NCBI RefSeq assembly: GCF_963921235.1
Contig: NC_086097.1
Location: forward strand, 1-64,000
Source of the DNA: Mobula hypostoma
Lineage: Eukaryota
DNA: 64,000 bases
Reading direction: 5' to 3'
This document shows, piece by piece, positions 49,960-63,736 of the stretch. The notes under the pieces were generated by a model that saw only the letters and a list, made by a program, of their open reading frames with translations, was not told the DNA's origin and made no database searches. Each line of letters begins with the position of its first letter. Within the stretch, counting starts at the first letter, position 1. A program made the translations under genes and the position numbers.

Positions 49960-52590
49960 TTAGTCACAGAGTACAGCACAGAAACAGAATCTTTGGCCTA
50001 TCTATTAATGCAGAAACCATTTAAACTGCTTACTCCCATCGACCTGCACCGGGACTATAGCCCTCTGTATCCCTGCCATCCATGTCCCGATCCAAACTTC
50101 TCTTAAGCGTTGAAATCAACCTTGCATGCACCATATGCTGGAAGCTCATTCCACACTCTCATGACCCTCTGAATGAAGAAATTTCCCCTCAAGTTCCTCT
50201 TTTAACCATAACCCATGACCTCCAATTGTAGTCCTACCCAGCCTCAGCGGAAAAAGCTTGCTTGCCTTAACACTATCTATATCCCTCATAACTTTATATC
50301 TCTATCAAATCTCTTTGCAATCTTCTACATGTAAGGAATACAGTCACAATCTATTCAATCTTTATGACTCAGGTTCTCCAGACCCCGCAACATTTTTGTA
50401 AATTTTCTCTGCACTCTCTCAACCTTGTTTGCACCTTTCCTGTAGATAAGTGACTAAAACTGCACACAATAATCCAAATTAGGCCTCACCAACGTGTTAT
50501 ACAACTTCAACATAACATCCCATCTCCCGTACTCAATACATTGATTTATGAAGGTCAGTGTGCCAAAAGATTTCTTTATAACCCCATCTACTTGCAACAC
50601 CACTTTCAACAAATTATGGACCTGTATCCCCAGATCCCTTTGTTCTACCACAGTGCTCCGTTCCCTATCAGTTGCTTTGGAAGACCTACCCTGGTTGGTC
50701 CTCACACTTGTCTGCACTAACTTCCAACTGCCACTTTTCATCTTATTTTTCCCGCTAACACAGAAGCCATGAGTTTCCATTAAGACCATAAGAGATAGAA
50801 GCAGAAGTAGGCCATTCAGCTTTTCGAGTCTGCTCCACCATTCCATCATGGCTGATACCGGATCCCACTCAATCCCATACACCTGTGTTCTCACGGTATC
50901 CTTTAATGCCCTGACCAATCAGGAAATGATCAACTTCTGCCTTAAATATATGCACTGTCTTGGCCTCCACCACAGTCTGTGCATTCCACAAATTTATTAC
51001 TCTCTGGCTAAAAAAATTCCTCCTTACCTCTGCTGTAAGGCATCACCCCTCAATTTTGAGGCTGTGCCCTCTAGTTCTGGATACCCCGTCATAGGAAACA
51101 TCCTCTCCACATCCACCCAATCTAGTCCTTTCAACATTCAGGAAGTTTTAATGAGATACCCCCCCCCCGCCCCCACAATCTTCCAAATTCCAGTGAGTAC
51201 AGGACCAAAGCTGCCAATCGCTTTTCATATGTTAACCCCCTCATTCCCGAATCATCTGTATGATCGTCCTCTGGACTCTCTCCAATGACAACACATCCTT
51301 TCTACAATTAGGGGGCCCAAAACTGTTGACAAAATTCTAAGTTCAGTCTGACTAGTGTCTTATAAAACCTCAGCATTATCTCCTTGCTTTTACATTCTAA
51401 TCCACTTGAAATAAATGCATTTGCCTTCTTTACCACAGACTCAACCTGTAAATTAAACTTCCGGGAGTCTTGCACGAGAACTCCTCAGTCCCTCTGCACC
51501 TCTGATGTTTGAACCTTCTCCTCATTTAGATAATAGTCCACATTATTGTTCCTTTTACCAAAATGCATCATCATACATTTCCCAACACTGTATTCCATCT
51601 GCCACTTTTTGCCCATTCCAATTTGTCTAAATGTTGCTGCAATCATATTGTTTCTTCAGCACTACCTACCCCTCCACCTATCTTCGTATCATCCACAAAC
51701 TTTGCCACGACACCATCAATTCCATGATCTAAATCACTGACAAACAATGCGGTCCCAATACTGACCCCGAGGAACACCACTAATCAGCGGCAGCCCGCCA
51801 GAAAAGGCCCCTTTTATTTCCATTCACTACCTCCTGCCTCTCAGCCATTCCGCTAACCATGCCAGTAACTTTCTGTAACACCATAGGATTGTATCTTGTT
51901 AGCAGCTTCAAGTGTGGCACCTAATCAAACCGCTTTCAGAAAATCCAAGTAAGTGACATCCACTGACTCTCCTTTGTCCACCCTGCTTGCTACTTCCTCG
52001 AAGAACTCTAACAGATTTGTCAGGCAAGATTTCCCTTGACAGAAATTATACTGACTTTGACTTTTTCTATCATTAGTCTCCAAGAACCTTGAAGCTTCAT
52101 CGTTAATAATAGACTCCAACACTTTCCCAACCACTGAGGTTAGGCTAACTGACCTATAATCTCCTTTCTTTTTCCTTCCTCACTTCTTAAAGAGTGGAGT
52201 GATATTTTCAATCTTCCAGTCCTCTGGAACCATGCCAGAATCAAGTGTTTATTGAAAGATCATGAGCAATGCATTTGTTATCTCTTCAGCAATCTCTTTC
52301 AGGACTCTAAGATGTAGTCCATATGGCCCAGGTGACTTAACCCCATTAAGATTTTTGAGTTTGCCTAGCATTTTTTCTTTTGCAATAGCAAAGGCACTTG
52401 CTCCTGCTCTGAAGACAGATGCAAAGTACCCTGCAAGTTCATCTGCCATTTCTTTGCGCCTCCCCCCCTTAATTACTACCTCAGCAGCATAATTTTCCAG
52501 TGGTCCAATATCAACTCTCACCTCCCTTATACATTTTGTATAACTGAAAATGCTTTCAGTATCAAGCTTTATATTATTGGCTAGTCTGAA
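49960..52590 (-). mobile_element. Two adjacent decayed CR1 fragments (about 49960-50700 and 50780-52590)
   Basis: LYNTLVRPNLDYCVQF; KSCLTNLLEFFEEV; KSPGPYGLH. Confidence 0.8.
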
Positions 52591-53289
52591 TGGAAAAGAA
52601 TCTTTGGAGTTACCTATCTTGTGTGTTCTACTATTCACTTTTTGTAGAAATGATCCAGATGAAGGGATAATCGATATTGTGCCAATGTTTGCTATTAATA
52701 CAAAGTCAGGCTGAGGAAAGACAAAATGCCTGCAAAGCGATATAGCTAGGATACAGGAATGGGTAATCAAATGACAGACTGAGTACAATGTATGGAAGTG
52801 AGAGGTTAGAAATGAGAATTATATTTATTTATTTAAAAGATGTGGACATTCCAAGACAAGACAATATCAATAATTGTCCATCCTGAGTTGGCATGATGAC
52901 GGTGGCAGTGAGCTGCTTACCTGAATCACTGCATTCCCTGAAGTGCTGCAAGCGAAAGTTCCCAAGGTCGTGGAATTGAAAACTAGAACACATAGTTTTA
53001 AGCTTGGAGGTGACAGGATTAAGAAGAATCTAAGGGGATCAAATAAACAACACCGTGGATACTAGATACACAGAATCAGCTGACAGTGGAAGTGGTTGAT
53101 GCAGGTACATTAGATACATTTAAATGTGTAGACAGGTAATGGGATTAAACATACATCCTTGCCAACATGGGCATGTATGGGCTCAGGGCCTTTTACTGTG
53201 CCTTACATCTCTATAACTAATGTTACAGCTGTACTAAACTTTGGTCAGGCCATACTTGGGTGTATTATGTGCATTTCTGGGGGAAAAAG

Positions 53290-55090
53290 AAATGGCATAG
53301 GAACTTAAGTATTTTGCATCAGTCTTCACTGTGGAAGACACTAGCAAAATGCAAGAAATGTGAGAGTGTCAGGGGACAGAAGTGAATGCAGTTGCTTTTA
53401 TGAAGGAGAAGGTGCTTGGGAAGCTGAAAGAGTTAGTGTTAGATAAATCACCTGGACCAGATGAGCTTCATCACAGGGCTCTGAAAGAGGTAGCTGAAGA
53501 TTGTGGAGGCATTAGTAATGATCTTTCAAGAATCCCTAGATTCTGCAATGGTTTCTGAGGACTCAAAAATTGCAAATGCCACCTCACTCTTTAAAAAGGG
53601 AGGAAAGCAGAGGAAGGGAAATTATAGGCCAGTTAGCCCAACTTTAATTAAGTCTATTATTAAGGCAACACACACAAAATGCTGGAGGAATTCTGCAGGT
53701 CAGCAGGATTTATGAATTTTTCCATAGATGCTGCCTGGCCTGCAGAGTTCCTCTGGCATTTCGTGTGTGTGTTGCTTGAAATTCAAGCATTAGCAGATTT
53801 TCTTTTGTTTATTGAGGATGAGGTCTCAGGGTTCTTGGAAGCACATGATAAAATAGGCCAAAGTCAGCATTGTTTACCAAAGGGTTTATCTTGCCTGACA
53901 AATCTGTTGGAATGCTTTCAGGAAATAATATGTGGGATAGACAAAGGAGACTCAGTGGATGTGGTTTACTTGAATTTTCAGAAGTCCTTTGCCAAGGTGC
54001 CACACACCAGGCTTATTCACAAGAGCCCATGGTTTAACAGGAAAGGCAGTAGCATGGATAGAAGATAAGCTGACTGGTAGGAGACAAAGAATGGGAACAA
54101 AGGGGGCCTTTTCTGGTTGGCTGCTAGTGACCAGTGGTGTGTCGCATGAGTTGTTTTTTGGACCACTTCTTTTCACATTATATGTCAATGATTTGGATAA
54201 AAGAATTGATGGCTTTGTGGCCAAGTTTGCAGACAATACAAAGTTAGCTGTAGGGGCAGGTAATGTTGAGGAAGCATGGTGTCTACAGAAAGACTTAAGA
54301 CAGATTGGGAGAAAGGGCAAAGAAATGGCAGAAGGAATAAAGGAGTGGAATATTTTCTCAATGGGGAGAAAATTCAAAAATCAGAGGTGCAGAGACTTGG
54401 GAGTCCTCATGCAGGATTTCCTAAACTTAACTTGCTGGCTGAGTCAGTGGTAAGAAAGGCAAATGCAATGTTAGCATTCATTTTGAGAGGTCTAGAATAC
54501 AAAAGCAAGGACATAATGCTGAAGCTTTATAAGGCACTCGTTAGACTACACTTACAGCATTGTAAGCAGCTTTGCGATCCTTGTTAAGAAAATACATGCT
54601 GGCACTAGTGAGAGTCCAGAAGAGTTTCAAGAGAATTATTCCAGGAATGAAAGAGTTAACATATGAGGAGCGTTTGATGACTCTGGCCCCGTACTCACGG
54701 GAGTTCAGAAGGGGTGAGGGGAAGATCTCATTGCAATCTATTGGATTTTGAAAGGTCTGAATAAAGTGGATCTGGAGAGGATGTTTCCTATAGTGGGGGA
54801 AACCAGAGGACGCAGCTTCAGAATTGAGAGACATCCATTTAGAACAGAGATGAGGAAAATTTTCTTTAATCAGGGAGTAGCCTGGCTGTGGGAATTACAG
54901 CTATGGAGTCCAAGTCATTCGGTATATTTAAGGTAGAGGTTGACAGGTTCTTGATTAAGCTGGGTGTGAAAGGTTATGGGGAGAAGGCAGGAGAATGGGA
55001 TTGAGAGGAATAATAAATTAGCTATGATGGAATGGCGGAGCAGGCTCAATGGGCCAAATGGCCTAATTCTCCTCCCATGTCTTATGATCT
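53290..55090 (+). mobile_element. Decayed CR1 RT and 3' end, with a small Penelope terminal-repeat insertion at ~53665-53810
   Basis: GNYRPVS, SCLTNLLE, KFADNTKL, LYKALVR. Confidence 0.85.
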
Positions 55091-55189
55091 AATTCTGGTC
55101 ACCCCATTACAGGAAGGATGTGGAGGCTTTGGAGATGGTACAGAATAGAAACCAGGGTGCTGCCTGGTGTCTAGAATAATGTGGTTTTC

Positions 55190-55420
55190 ATTTAGAGATC
55201 TAGCATGGTAGTAGGTCCTTCCAGCCCAAGCCACCCAATTACACCCATATGATCAATTAACCTACTAACTTTATGTCTCTGGAATGTGGGAGGAAACCAG
55301 AGCATTGAAAAGGAACCCATGTGATCACAGGGAGATGTACAAACTCCTTAAGATAGCAGCTGAATTTAACCTGGATCACTGGTGCTGTAACAGCAAGATG
55401 CTAACCGCCAACCGCTATTC
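55190..55420 (-). mobile_element. V-SINE (HE1-like) remnant
   Basis: GGAATGTGGGAGGAAACC...GGAACCCA...CACAGGGAGA.GTACAAACTCC matches the reverse complement of the V-SINE core as I recall it. Confidence 0.65.
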
Positions 55421-56756
55421 TACTGCTTCATTCTCTTTTAAGTAGAGAATGATTAACTATGATTTTGAATATCCATTCATTCACAAGTAATCAATAAAAA
55501 ATTTCCAGAAACTTCAGTCACTATATTATAGAAACATTAATATAAAAACATTACATTTCAGGTTACACAAGTCTGATTCTATGTACCTATAATGCTGCTG
55601 CAAGTAAGTATTTCATTGCACCTGTGCAGATGACAATAAACTATGCTTTTGACTTTTTTTTTCTATTCAAGAGTATTTAAAATCAACCCCATTTTTTAAC
55701 TTCTCTGCAGTCCTGCAATTTTTTTGCCTCAAATGCAAGTCCAATTCTACTTCAAGTTACTGAAACTAATTTGCCACCTTTCAATCAGTGGATTCCAGTT
55801 AACTGATAATTCTTTATTCCCAGTTAATTACTTCCATTACAATCTGAAATCTGTTTGAGAGAAATGGAAACTGATCAGTAATAACACAGAGAAATTGGTT
55901 GTGAAGAAATCAGCCATGATGGACTGGTGGAGCAGACTTGAGGAACCAAATGGCCTAATTCAGCTCCTATGTCTTATGGCCTTAATTTCAGGGGACTGGA
56001 ACTAATTATAAAGCTCCTTCAAATTTTTACCCAAGTAAGACAGGCTGAACAATCATTTCTTTTGTGAGGTTCTAAATAATTATTTTAAAGTCTTTAGAAG
56101 TAACAACAATGAGGTGGCCAAACATTAACCATGTAATTGCCAGTATCATTTATAACTGAACTTATCATTTATCTCATCATTTCTAATTTACACAACTGCT
56201 CTGCAGTTGAGAAAACTTCACCATGGGTAACTGTAACAGATAAATGCTTTTCTGGCCATTAATAAACAAAAAAACCCCCACAAAATTCACGAAGATACAC
56301 TCCTTAAAATTCTACAAATAAAAATCAGGTCTCATTGTTTCAATATAAGGTGAAGATTACAATCTCAAATATTAGCCTGAAACTTCAACATGATTAAACA
56401 TCCTTCCTAATAAATTATTTTTAGCTTATAAATTTTAAAAAGTTTATAAAATAATCTGATGTTATTGTACGAGAAATGTCAGCTAAATACCATAAATGAA
56501 TGTTAAGCAAAGCAGATCTTATTATCTCACTGCTTCAACACTTAAAAAAAAATCTTCTGCCTCATACTGTCAGGCATAAGAGATGAATACTGCTTTGTTA
56601 CAATGAAGAGGACAAGAAAATGGAGTAAATCTTGCAGCATATCTGATGAAACGGACACCAGTCAGTTCTAGGCTGGCTATATCGGATACAGCGTTCAGAG
56701 TAAGATGAGGGAGCTGCTTGCACTGGATGTGCTGTGAGAAATGAGAACACATCTGG

Positions 56757-56951
56757 CTACGTTGGAGGTGGACCCTGATATCGCAGCATCAGGTAGAACG
56801 ACCGTGCAAAGTTGTTGACCACACTGCAGCTGTCCTGTTCCTCGATGAGAGGCAGGAGGAAGGCGAGCAGCAATAAAAAGAGCAAGAGCAACTGAAGAGG
56901 GAGTGCAGCACAACAGGCGCGAGAGAGGTAGCGGCAGATCCCTCCCGAAGG
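56757..56951 (-). CDS. SYNE3: Terminal coding exon of a nesprin (transmembrane + KASH domain), most like nesprin-3
   Basis: PSGGICRYLSRACCAALPLQLLLLFLLLLAFLLPLIEEQDSCSVVNNFARSFYLMLRYQGPPPT-stop, preceded by a polypyrimidine tract and CAG acceptor (TTCTTATTTCCCTGCAG); RACC and LMLRY-x-GPPPT fit nesprin-3 better than nesprin-1/2. Confidence 0.88.
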   Translation of the reverse strand, partial: PSGGICRYLSRACCAALPLQLLLLFLLLLAFLLPLIEEQDSCSVVNNFARSFYLMLRYQGPPPT

Positions 56952-58348
56952 CTGCAGGGAAATAAGAAGCAAAACTGGTTACAACGCTCAACCTTCCATT
57001 CCACACTGAAACACAGGCATTTTAACATGGTTTTGCTTTGCATAATCAATTATCAGGCTTTAAAATGTAGGACTTCATAGCACATTAAATATTTGTTTCC
57101 AGCTACACATGGGAAAAATATTGCAGTAAATCAGTAGTTCTTTCTGTTAGGTTATCTGGTACCATATATCAATAGAACCTTTAATGCCTTTTTCACATCC
57201 CCCACACAATTAACAAACACAACGTTTTGTTTCACAGGAACAGAAATGTCAAAAAAGTAATAAATAAAGAAAACAAGCAGAGTCCAACACTCTCGAACAA
57301 ATCAAAATCCACAGGTTTCACATGAAATACAGGTGTGTATCAAGGTATCTGCTTAACACCAAGCACACACACAGCTTGATTCATCAAAACTAAAGAACAT
57401 GCAATATATTTTTTAGGATCTGTGTGTTACCAGCACATTCAACACTAACTGTGCATCTCTTCCTATCTCTGAAGCCGTTGAACCACTTTTGTTCTTCTGG
57501 TGAGGATTCCCAACAGTGGTGTTGTGCGAGAGTTCCAGGATTTAAACCCAGAAACAAAGAAGGAATGACAATATATTCCAAATGGGATAGTATGCACCTA
57601 CAGCTGGAACCTGCAACTGCAGTGTTGGCTATGGCCCTTGTGTGGGAATGGCGAGCTTAAGGTCAGCTGGAGTTAGAAAGCATTTGTACAGGTACCTAGA
57701 TAAAGTGTAGAGAGATATGATCTAATGCAGATGGGGTGAGCAAAGATCAAGGCCAGTAAGTTAGGCCAAAAGGGGTCACTCCTGCTTTATGATGCTATTC
57801 ATTGACTGCTCAGGAAAGAGGAAGGGAATTGCAGAGGCCCTGATAGCCTTCCATTGGTCTGCTGCACGTGAAGTCACTGGTGATCGATGCAGCCAGTGGG
57901 TGGTTTTGGAGACAGTGCAAACTTTCCACTGTTCATGCTCCTGAGCAAGAAATGGGGAGACCTCATTGTCTTTCTTGATGCTCCTTCATTTCAGGTAGTG
58001 AGACACCATGTGTTGCCAAACATTTCTTTCCTCAACGGCTAAAGGTCATATAATGCATCAGAGTAACAATAGCTCCCAAAATACGGAAAGGGTTCACATA
58101 ATCCAGGCTTTTACACTCTGGGTTCAATGCCATGTGGTGGGAGGAGGCAGGAAGATGACATTTAATTTCCTAATATTTAGCACAAGGCTTATTTTCCTAA
58201 TCGTGATTCAATGAACAAGTCAATAACAGTTCTGCACCAATGACATAATACACACGAATACTTCACAGATAGTCGCTGAGCACTGCAACACAGAAAAAGG
58301 CCCTTTCGCCCATCCCATCTAGCCTGGATACTGACCAAAACCTTACAG

Positions 58349-58573
58349 CAACACACATCAAAGTTGCTGGTGAATGCAGCAGGCCAGGCAGCATCTCTAG
58401 GAAGAGGTACTGTTGACGTTTTGGGCCGAGACCCTTCGTCAGGACAAAGGGTCTCGGCCCGAAACGTCGACCGTACCTCTTCCTAGAAATGTTGCCTGGC
58501 CTGCTACATTCACCAGCAACTTTGATGTGTGTTGCTTGAATTTCCAGCATCTGCAGATTTCCTCGTGTTTGCG
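58349..58573. mobile_element. Inverted pair of Penelope terminal repeats (hairpin insertion) with hammerhead motif
   Basis: 90-bp arms 58347-58436 and 58447-58536; flanking CCAAAACYTTAYAG direct repeat; minus strand CTGACGAAGGGTCTCGGCCCAAAACGTC. Confidence 0.8.
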
Positions 58574-61500
58574 CCAAAACTTTATAGATGTTTTTCTTTT
58601 CATTTAACTGTGACTTGCTCTCTTCTGACGTCCACATTCCTCCACCTGCACAAAAGACAGAAATCCGCTTGCCCTCACTCTCCACCCCGCTAGTCGTCAC
58701 ATTCAATAAGCAACTCTAATTGGAGAGATATGGCCATACAACATGGAAAAAGACATTAGAGATTGGGTTACACCACAATAGCATTAATCTCCTGGTGCCA
58801 TCTATTTCAATTTGACTAAACACTCCCATTCTGACATGTCTGTTCACTGCTGCCTCTTCCACCTCCAACCTGATGGCATTTACATCAAATTCTCTAACAT
58901 GTTCATTGTTCTCCACTGTTTCTCCACCTTCCCACTTCTTTTACTATTCACCATTCTGGTTACCTTCTCTCTCCCTTCTCTTCTCTTACCTTGACCTCAT
59001 CATCTCCCTCTAGTTCCCTTCCTTCTCCCTTTATTCCATGGTCCATTCTCCTCTTCTATTAATTCTTTCTTCTTCAGCCCTTTACCTATTCCATCTATTC
59101 TCTCCCAGAGCTCATCACCCCTCCTCCACCCACCTAACTTCCTCCTCACCTGGTCTCACTTATCACTGCCAGCTTATACTCCTTCCCCTCTCCCACCTTT
59201 TTCTGGCTTCTGCCACCTTTCTTTCCAGTCAAAGGGTCTTGGCCCAAAAGCTTGAACTGTTTTTCTCCCTTCATAAATGCTGCCTGACCTGTTCATTTCC
59301 TCTGGAACTTTAAATATGTTACTCAAGATTTCCAAAATTTACTTATCTGTACAAAATCCATCTGTGAATACACAGCATCAGCCTTATAGCCATGCTATTT
59401 TAGAGCTCATTTGAAGAATTTGATTGGAATGTTTTCGCTACCAAAGAGAAGTTAGAACAACTTGGACTGGCTTCTCTGGAACATAAGAGACTGAGGAGAC
59501 CTGATAGCATATAAAATTATTATACATTGGGTAGATAATCTTTTTCTCCAGTATGGAAATGTCAAATACTAGAGGGCATTCCCATGCAGGTCCAACAAAG
59601 AGCTTTTAAAAACCGGTCATCGTGGGAGCGGCTGTCGTCGTCGTAGTATTCTAAGTCAGAGTAGGAAGGTTTTGGCTCAACAAAGCTTCAGTGAGAAGAG
59701 GTGGAGGCTAGGTAAGTTCATTCCTTATTTTTTTTATTCAACTCCAGAGACAATAGGGGATATGTCTACAGAGCTAGAGTTCTGTTCTGGGTGTCAGATG
59801 TGGGATTTCCAGGAGACTCCCAGCCTCCCTGATGGCCGCATCTGTGCCAGGTGCATCAAGATGCAGCTCCTTAGAGACAGTGTTAGGGAACTAGAGCTGC
59901 AGCTCGATGACGTTCTTGTTAGGGGAAGTGAGGCAGCAATAGGCAGGAGCTAGAGGGATGTAGTCACCCCAAGGCTACAGGAGACAGATAAATGAGTGAC
60001 TATCAGGAGAAGGAGGGGGGAGTGTCAGGTAATGGAGAGCACCCCTGTGGCTGTCTCCCTCAACAATAAGTACTCCTGTTTGAGTACTGTTGGGGGGGGT
60101 GGTGGTGACTGAACTGGGGGCAGCAATAGTGGCACTGAGTCTGACCCTGTGGCTCAGAAGGGTAGGGAACTGAAGAGGATGACAGCAGTTCTAGCGGACT
60201 CTATAGCGAGGGGGACAGATAGGTGATTCTGTGGAGGCAAAAAGGAAACACGGATGTTAGCTTGCCTCCCAGGTGCCAGGGTCCATGCTGTTTCTAAATG
60301 CGTCCACAATATCCTTAAAAGGAAGGGCGAGCAGCCAGAAGTCATGGTACATATTGCTACTAAAAATATAGGAAGAAAAAGGGAGGAGATCCTGAAAAAA
60401 GAACATAGGGAGTTAGGAAGGAAGCCGAGAAACAGGACCTCAAGGGTAGTAATCTCAAGATTGCTGTCTGTGTCATGTGACAGTGAGGATAGGAATAGAA
60501 CGAGGTGGCAAATAAATGTGTGGCTGAAGAATTGGTGCAGGGGGCAGGGATTCAGATTTCTGGAACACTGAAACCTTTTCTGGGACAGGTGGGACCTGTA
60601 CAAAAGGGATGGGTTGCACTTGAATCCGGGCGGGATCAACGTTCTTGCAGGCAGGTTTACTAGAGCTGTTGGGAGTGTTTTAAACTAATATGTCATGGGG
60701 ATTGGAACCAGTATGACAAAGCTGAGGATGAGCCAGAAGGTTTACTAGTAGGTGATGGATGTAACATGAATGTAAGGAAGGACAAGCCAGTGATTGGATA
60801 CAAATGCCAACAGAGCGAAGAGTTAAATTGCACCACAGAGGCAAAATTCAAAAGAGCGAAGAATGCAGGACTGAAGCTGCTGTGTTTAAATGTGTGTAGC
60901 AATCGGAATAGGGTGGACGAACTTGTGGTGCAATTAGAGATTGGTCAGTTTGACACTGTGGGCATCACTGAGTCGTGGCTGAAAGGCCATAGTTGGGAGC
61001 TCAACGTCAAAGGATATACTTTGTAGTAAAAGGACAGGCAGGAAGACACAGGAGGTGGTGTGGCTCTATTGGCAAGAGATTAAATTACACTTTTAGAAAG
61101 AGGTGACATAGGGTCGGAGAATGTTGAATTTTGTGGATGGAGTTAAGAAATTACAAGATTAAAAAAACCATTATGGGAATCATATTTAGGCCTCCAAATA
61201 GTAGCCAAGATGTGGGTTTGAGATTGCAAAGGGAGCTGGAAAAGGTATGTAATAAGGGTAATGACACAATTGTAATGGGAGAACTTCAATATGCAAAGGG
61301 ATTGGAAAATCAGGTTGGTGTCGATCGCAAGAGAGTGGATTTGTTGAATGCCTACTAGCTGCTTTTTAGAGCAGCTTGTACTTGAGCCTACTCAGGGAAA
61401 GGCTGTCTTCAACTGGGTGTTGTGTAATAAGCCAGACCTTAATAAGGAGCTTAATGTAAAGGAACTCTGTGGAGGCAGAGATCATAATATGATTGATACT

Positions 61501-62024
61501 GCAATTTGAGAGGGAGAAGTATAACTCAAAGGCATTTGTATCACAATGGAATAAAGGGAATTACAGAGAGAAGAGAGAGGAGCTTGTCCAGGTGGATTGG
61601 AGGAGTATACTGGTGGGGATGATGGCAGAGCAGAGATGGCTGAAGTTTCTAGGAATAGTTCACAAGGGGCAGGATAGATATGACCCACAGAGGAAGAAGT
61701 TCTCAAATGGTGGGGTAGGTAACTGTGGTTAACAAGGAAGTTAAGAACTGCATAAAAGCCAATGAAAGAGCATATAATGTAGCAAAAGTGAGTAGGAAGC
61801 TGGATGATTGGGAAGCTTTTAAAATCCAACAAAGGGCTACTAAAAAAGCTATAAGAAGGGAAAAGATGAAATATGAGGGCAGATTAGCCAATAATATAAA
61901 ACAAGATACCAAAAGATTTTTCAGTTAAATAAAGAATAAAAGGGTGATGAGAGTTGATATTGGACCACTGGAAAATAATGCAGGTGAGGTGGTAATAGGG
62001 ACAAATAAATGGCAGATGAACTTA

Positions 62025-62158
62025 GTTCCTGCTGAAGGGTTTCGGCCCGAAATGTTGACTGTACTCTTTTTTCAGATGCTGCCAGGCCTGCTGAGGTCCT
62101 CCAGCATTTTGTATGTGTTGCTCGGATTTCCAACATCTGCAGATTTTCTCCTTTGTGT
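62025..62158 (+). mobile_element. Penelope terminal-repeat insertion with degenerate hammerhead
   Basis: TSD GATGAACTTA (62015-62024 and 62159-62168); CTGCTGAAGGGTTTCGGCCCGAAATGTT. Confidence 0.75.
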
Positions 62159-62737
62159 GATGAACTTACTGGGTACTGGGGAAGGCACTAGCAATGTGCC
62201 AGAAGTGAGTGTCAGGGAACAGGAATGAGTGCCATTGCTATTATAAAGGAAAGAGTGCTAGTCAAGTTCAAAGGTCTTAAGGTGGATAAGTCACCTGGGC
62301 CAGATGGACTACATCCCAGAGTCTTCAGAGAGGTTGATGAAGAGATAATAGATGCATTGGTCATGATCTTTCAAAAAACACTCGATTCTGGCATGGTCCC
62401 AGAGGTCTGGAAGATTGCAAATGTCACTCCACTCTTTAAGAAGGGAGGAAGGCAAAAGAAAAGAAATTATAGGCCAGTTAGCATATAATTCCTCAGTGGT
62501 TGGGAAAGTGTTGGAGTCTATTATTAAGCATGAGGTTTCGAGGTACTTGGAAACTAATGACAAAATAAGTCAAAGTCAGCATAGTTTCCGTCAAGGGAAA
62601 TCTTGACTGACAAATCTGTTAAGAACTTTTCAAGAAAATAATAGGCAGGGTGGAAAAAGGAAAGGCAGAGAATATCATTTACTTGGATTTTCAGGAGTTT
62701 GATAAAGTGCTACACATGAATCCGATTATCAAGATAA

Positions 62738-63170
62738 TAGAAACATAAAAAATAGGTGCAGTAGGCCATTCAGCCCTTCGAGATTGCACTGCCATTCAGT
62801 ATGATCATGGCTGATCATCCAACTCAGAACCCTGTACCTGCCTTCCCTCCATACCCCCGATCCCTTTAGCCACAAGGGCCATATCTAACTCCCTCTTAAA
62901 TATAGCCAATCAACTGGCTTCAGCTGCTTCCTGTGGCAGAGAATTCCACAGATTCACCACTCTCTCTGTGAAGAAGATTTTCCTCATCTCGGTCCTTAAA
63001 AGGCTTCCCCTTTATCCTCAAACTGTGACCCCTCGTTCTGGACTTCCCCAACATTGGGAACAATCTTCCTGCATCTAGCCTGTCCAATCCTTTTAGAATT
63101 TTATGTTTCAATCAAATCCCCCCTCAATCTTCTAAATTCCAGAGAGTGTAAGACTAGTCGATCCAAGTCG
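62738..63170 (-). mobile_element. CR1 3' fragment, same family as 29061-31762
   Basis: Matches 29060-29480; KILKGLDRLDAGRLFP. Confidence 0.88.
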
Positions 63171-63503
63171 ATAATAACTTACGGTGATACAGAAAGATAC
63201 TGACATGGATAGCTGAATTGCTGACAGGCAGGAGGCAGCGAGTGGGAATAAAAGGAGCCTTTTCTGGTTGGCTGCCAGTGACTAGTGGTGTTCCTCAGGG
63301 GTCAGTACTGGGACTGCGCTTTTCACATTGTTTGTCAATGATTTAGACCATGACATATAAGCAGAATTCAGCCATCAGGTTTGCTCCACCATTCAAGCTG
63401 ATCCTTTTTTTTTCACCTCCTCAACCCCCAGTTCCTGGCCTTCTCCCTGTAACCTTTGATGCCACGTCCCAGAAGGTTAATTTACAGGTTGAGTCTGTGG
63501 TAA

Positions 63504-63690
63504 TTGTCCTGCTTGGTGGTGCAATAATATCAGCGCCGGACTCCGGAGCAAAGGTTCCCGAGTTTGAATCCAGGTCGGGTTGAGCGTCGAGCAGCAACTC
63601 GGCCTCGTAAAAACAAGAATAGCTTGCTATGGAAACACTGTCATGATGGTGCCCCAATAACTCCACTGCTGAGTTAAGGGCTATTCTTCT
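63504..63690 (+). mobile_element. Short tRNA-headed SINE-like insertion
   Basis: 10-bp TSD TCTGTGGTAA (63494-63503 and 63691-63700); B-box-like GAGTTTGAATCC; (TTC)n tail. Confidence 0.6.
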
Positions 63691-63736
63691 TCTGTGGTAA
63701 AGGAGGCAAATGTAATACTGACATTTATTTCAAGGG

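Larger units (their letters stand above)
59600..63347 (+). mobile_element. Long decayed CR1 LINE (ORF1 PHD + SGNH esterase; ORF2 APE + RT) with nested insertions
   Basis: CSGCQMW..ICARC; CLPGARV..VHIATKN..DGLHL; GITESWL, FRPP, KSPGPDGLHP, NYRPVS. Confidence 0.85.

Noticed and set aside
63504..63580. tRNA gene
   Set aside because: Cloverleaf not convincing; a TSD and TTC tail indicate a SINE head
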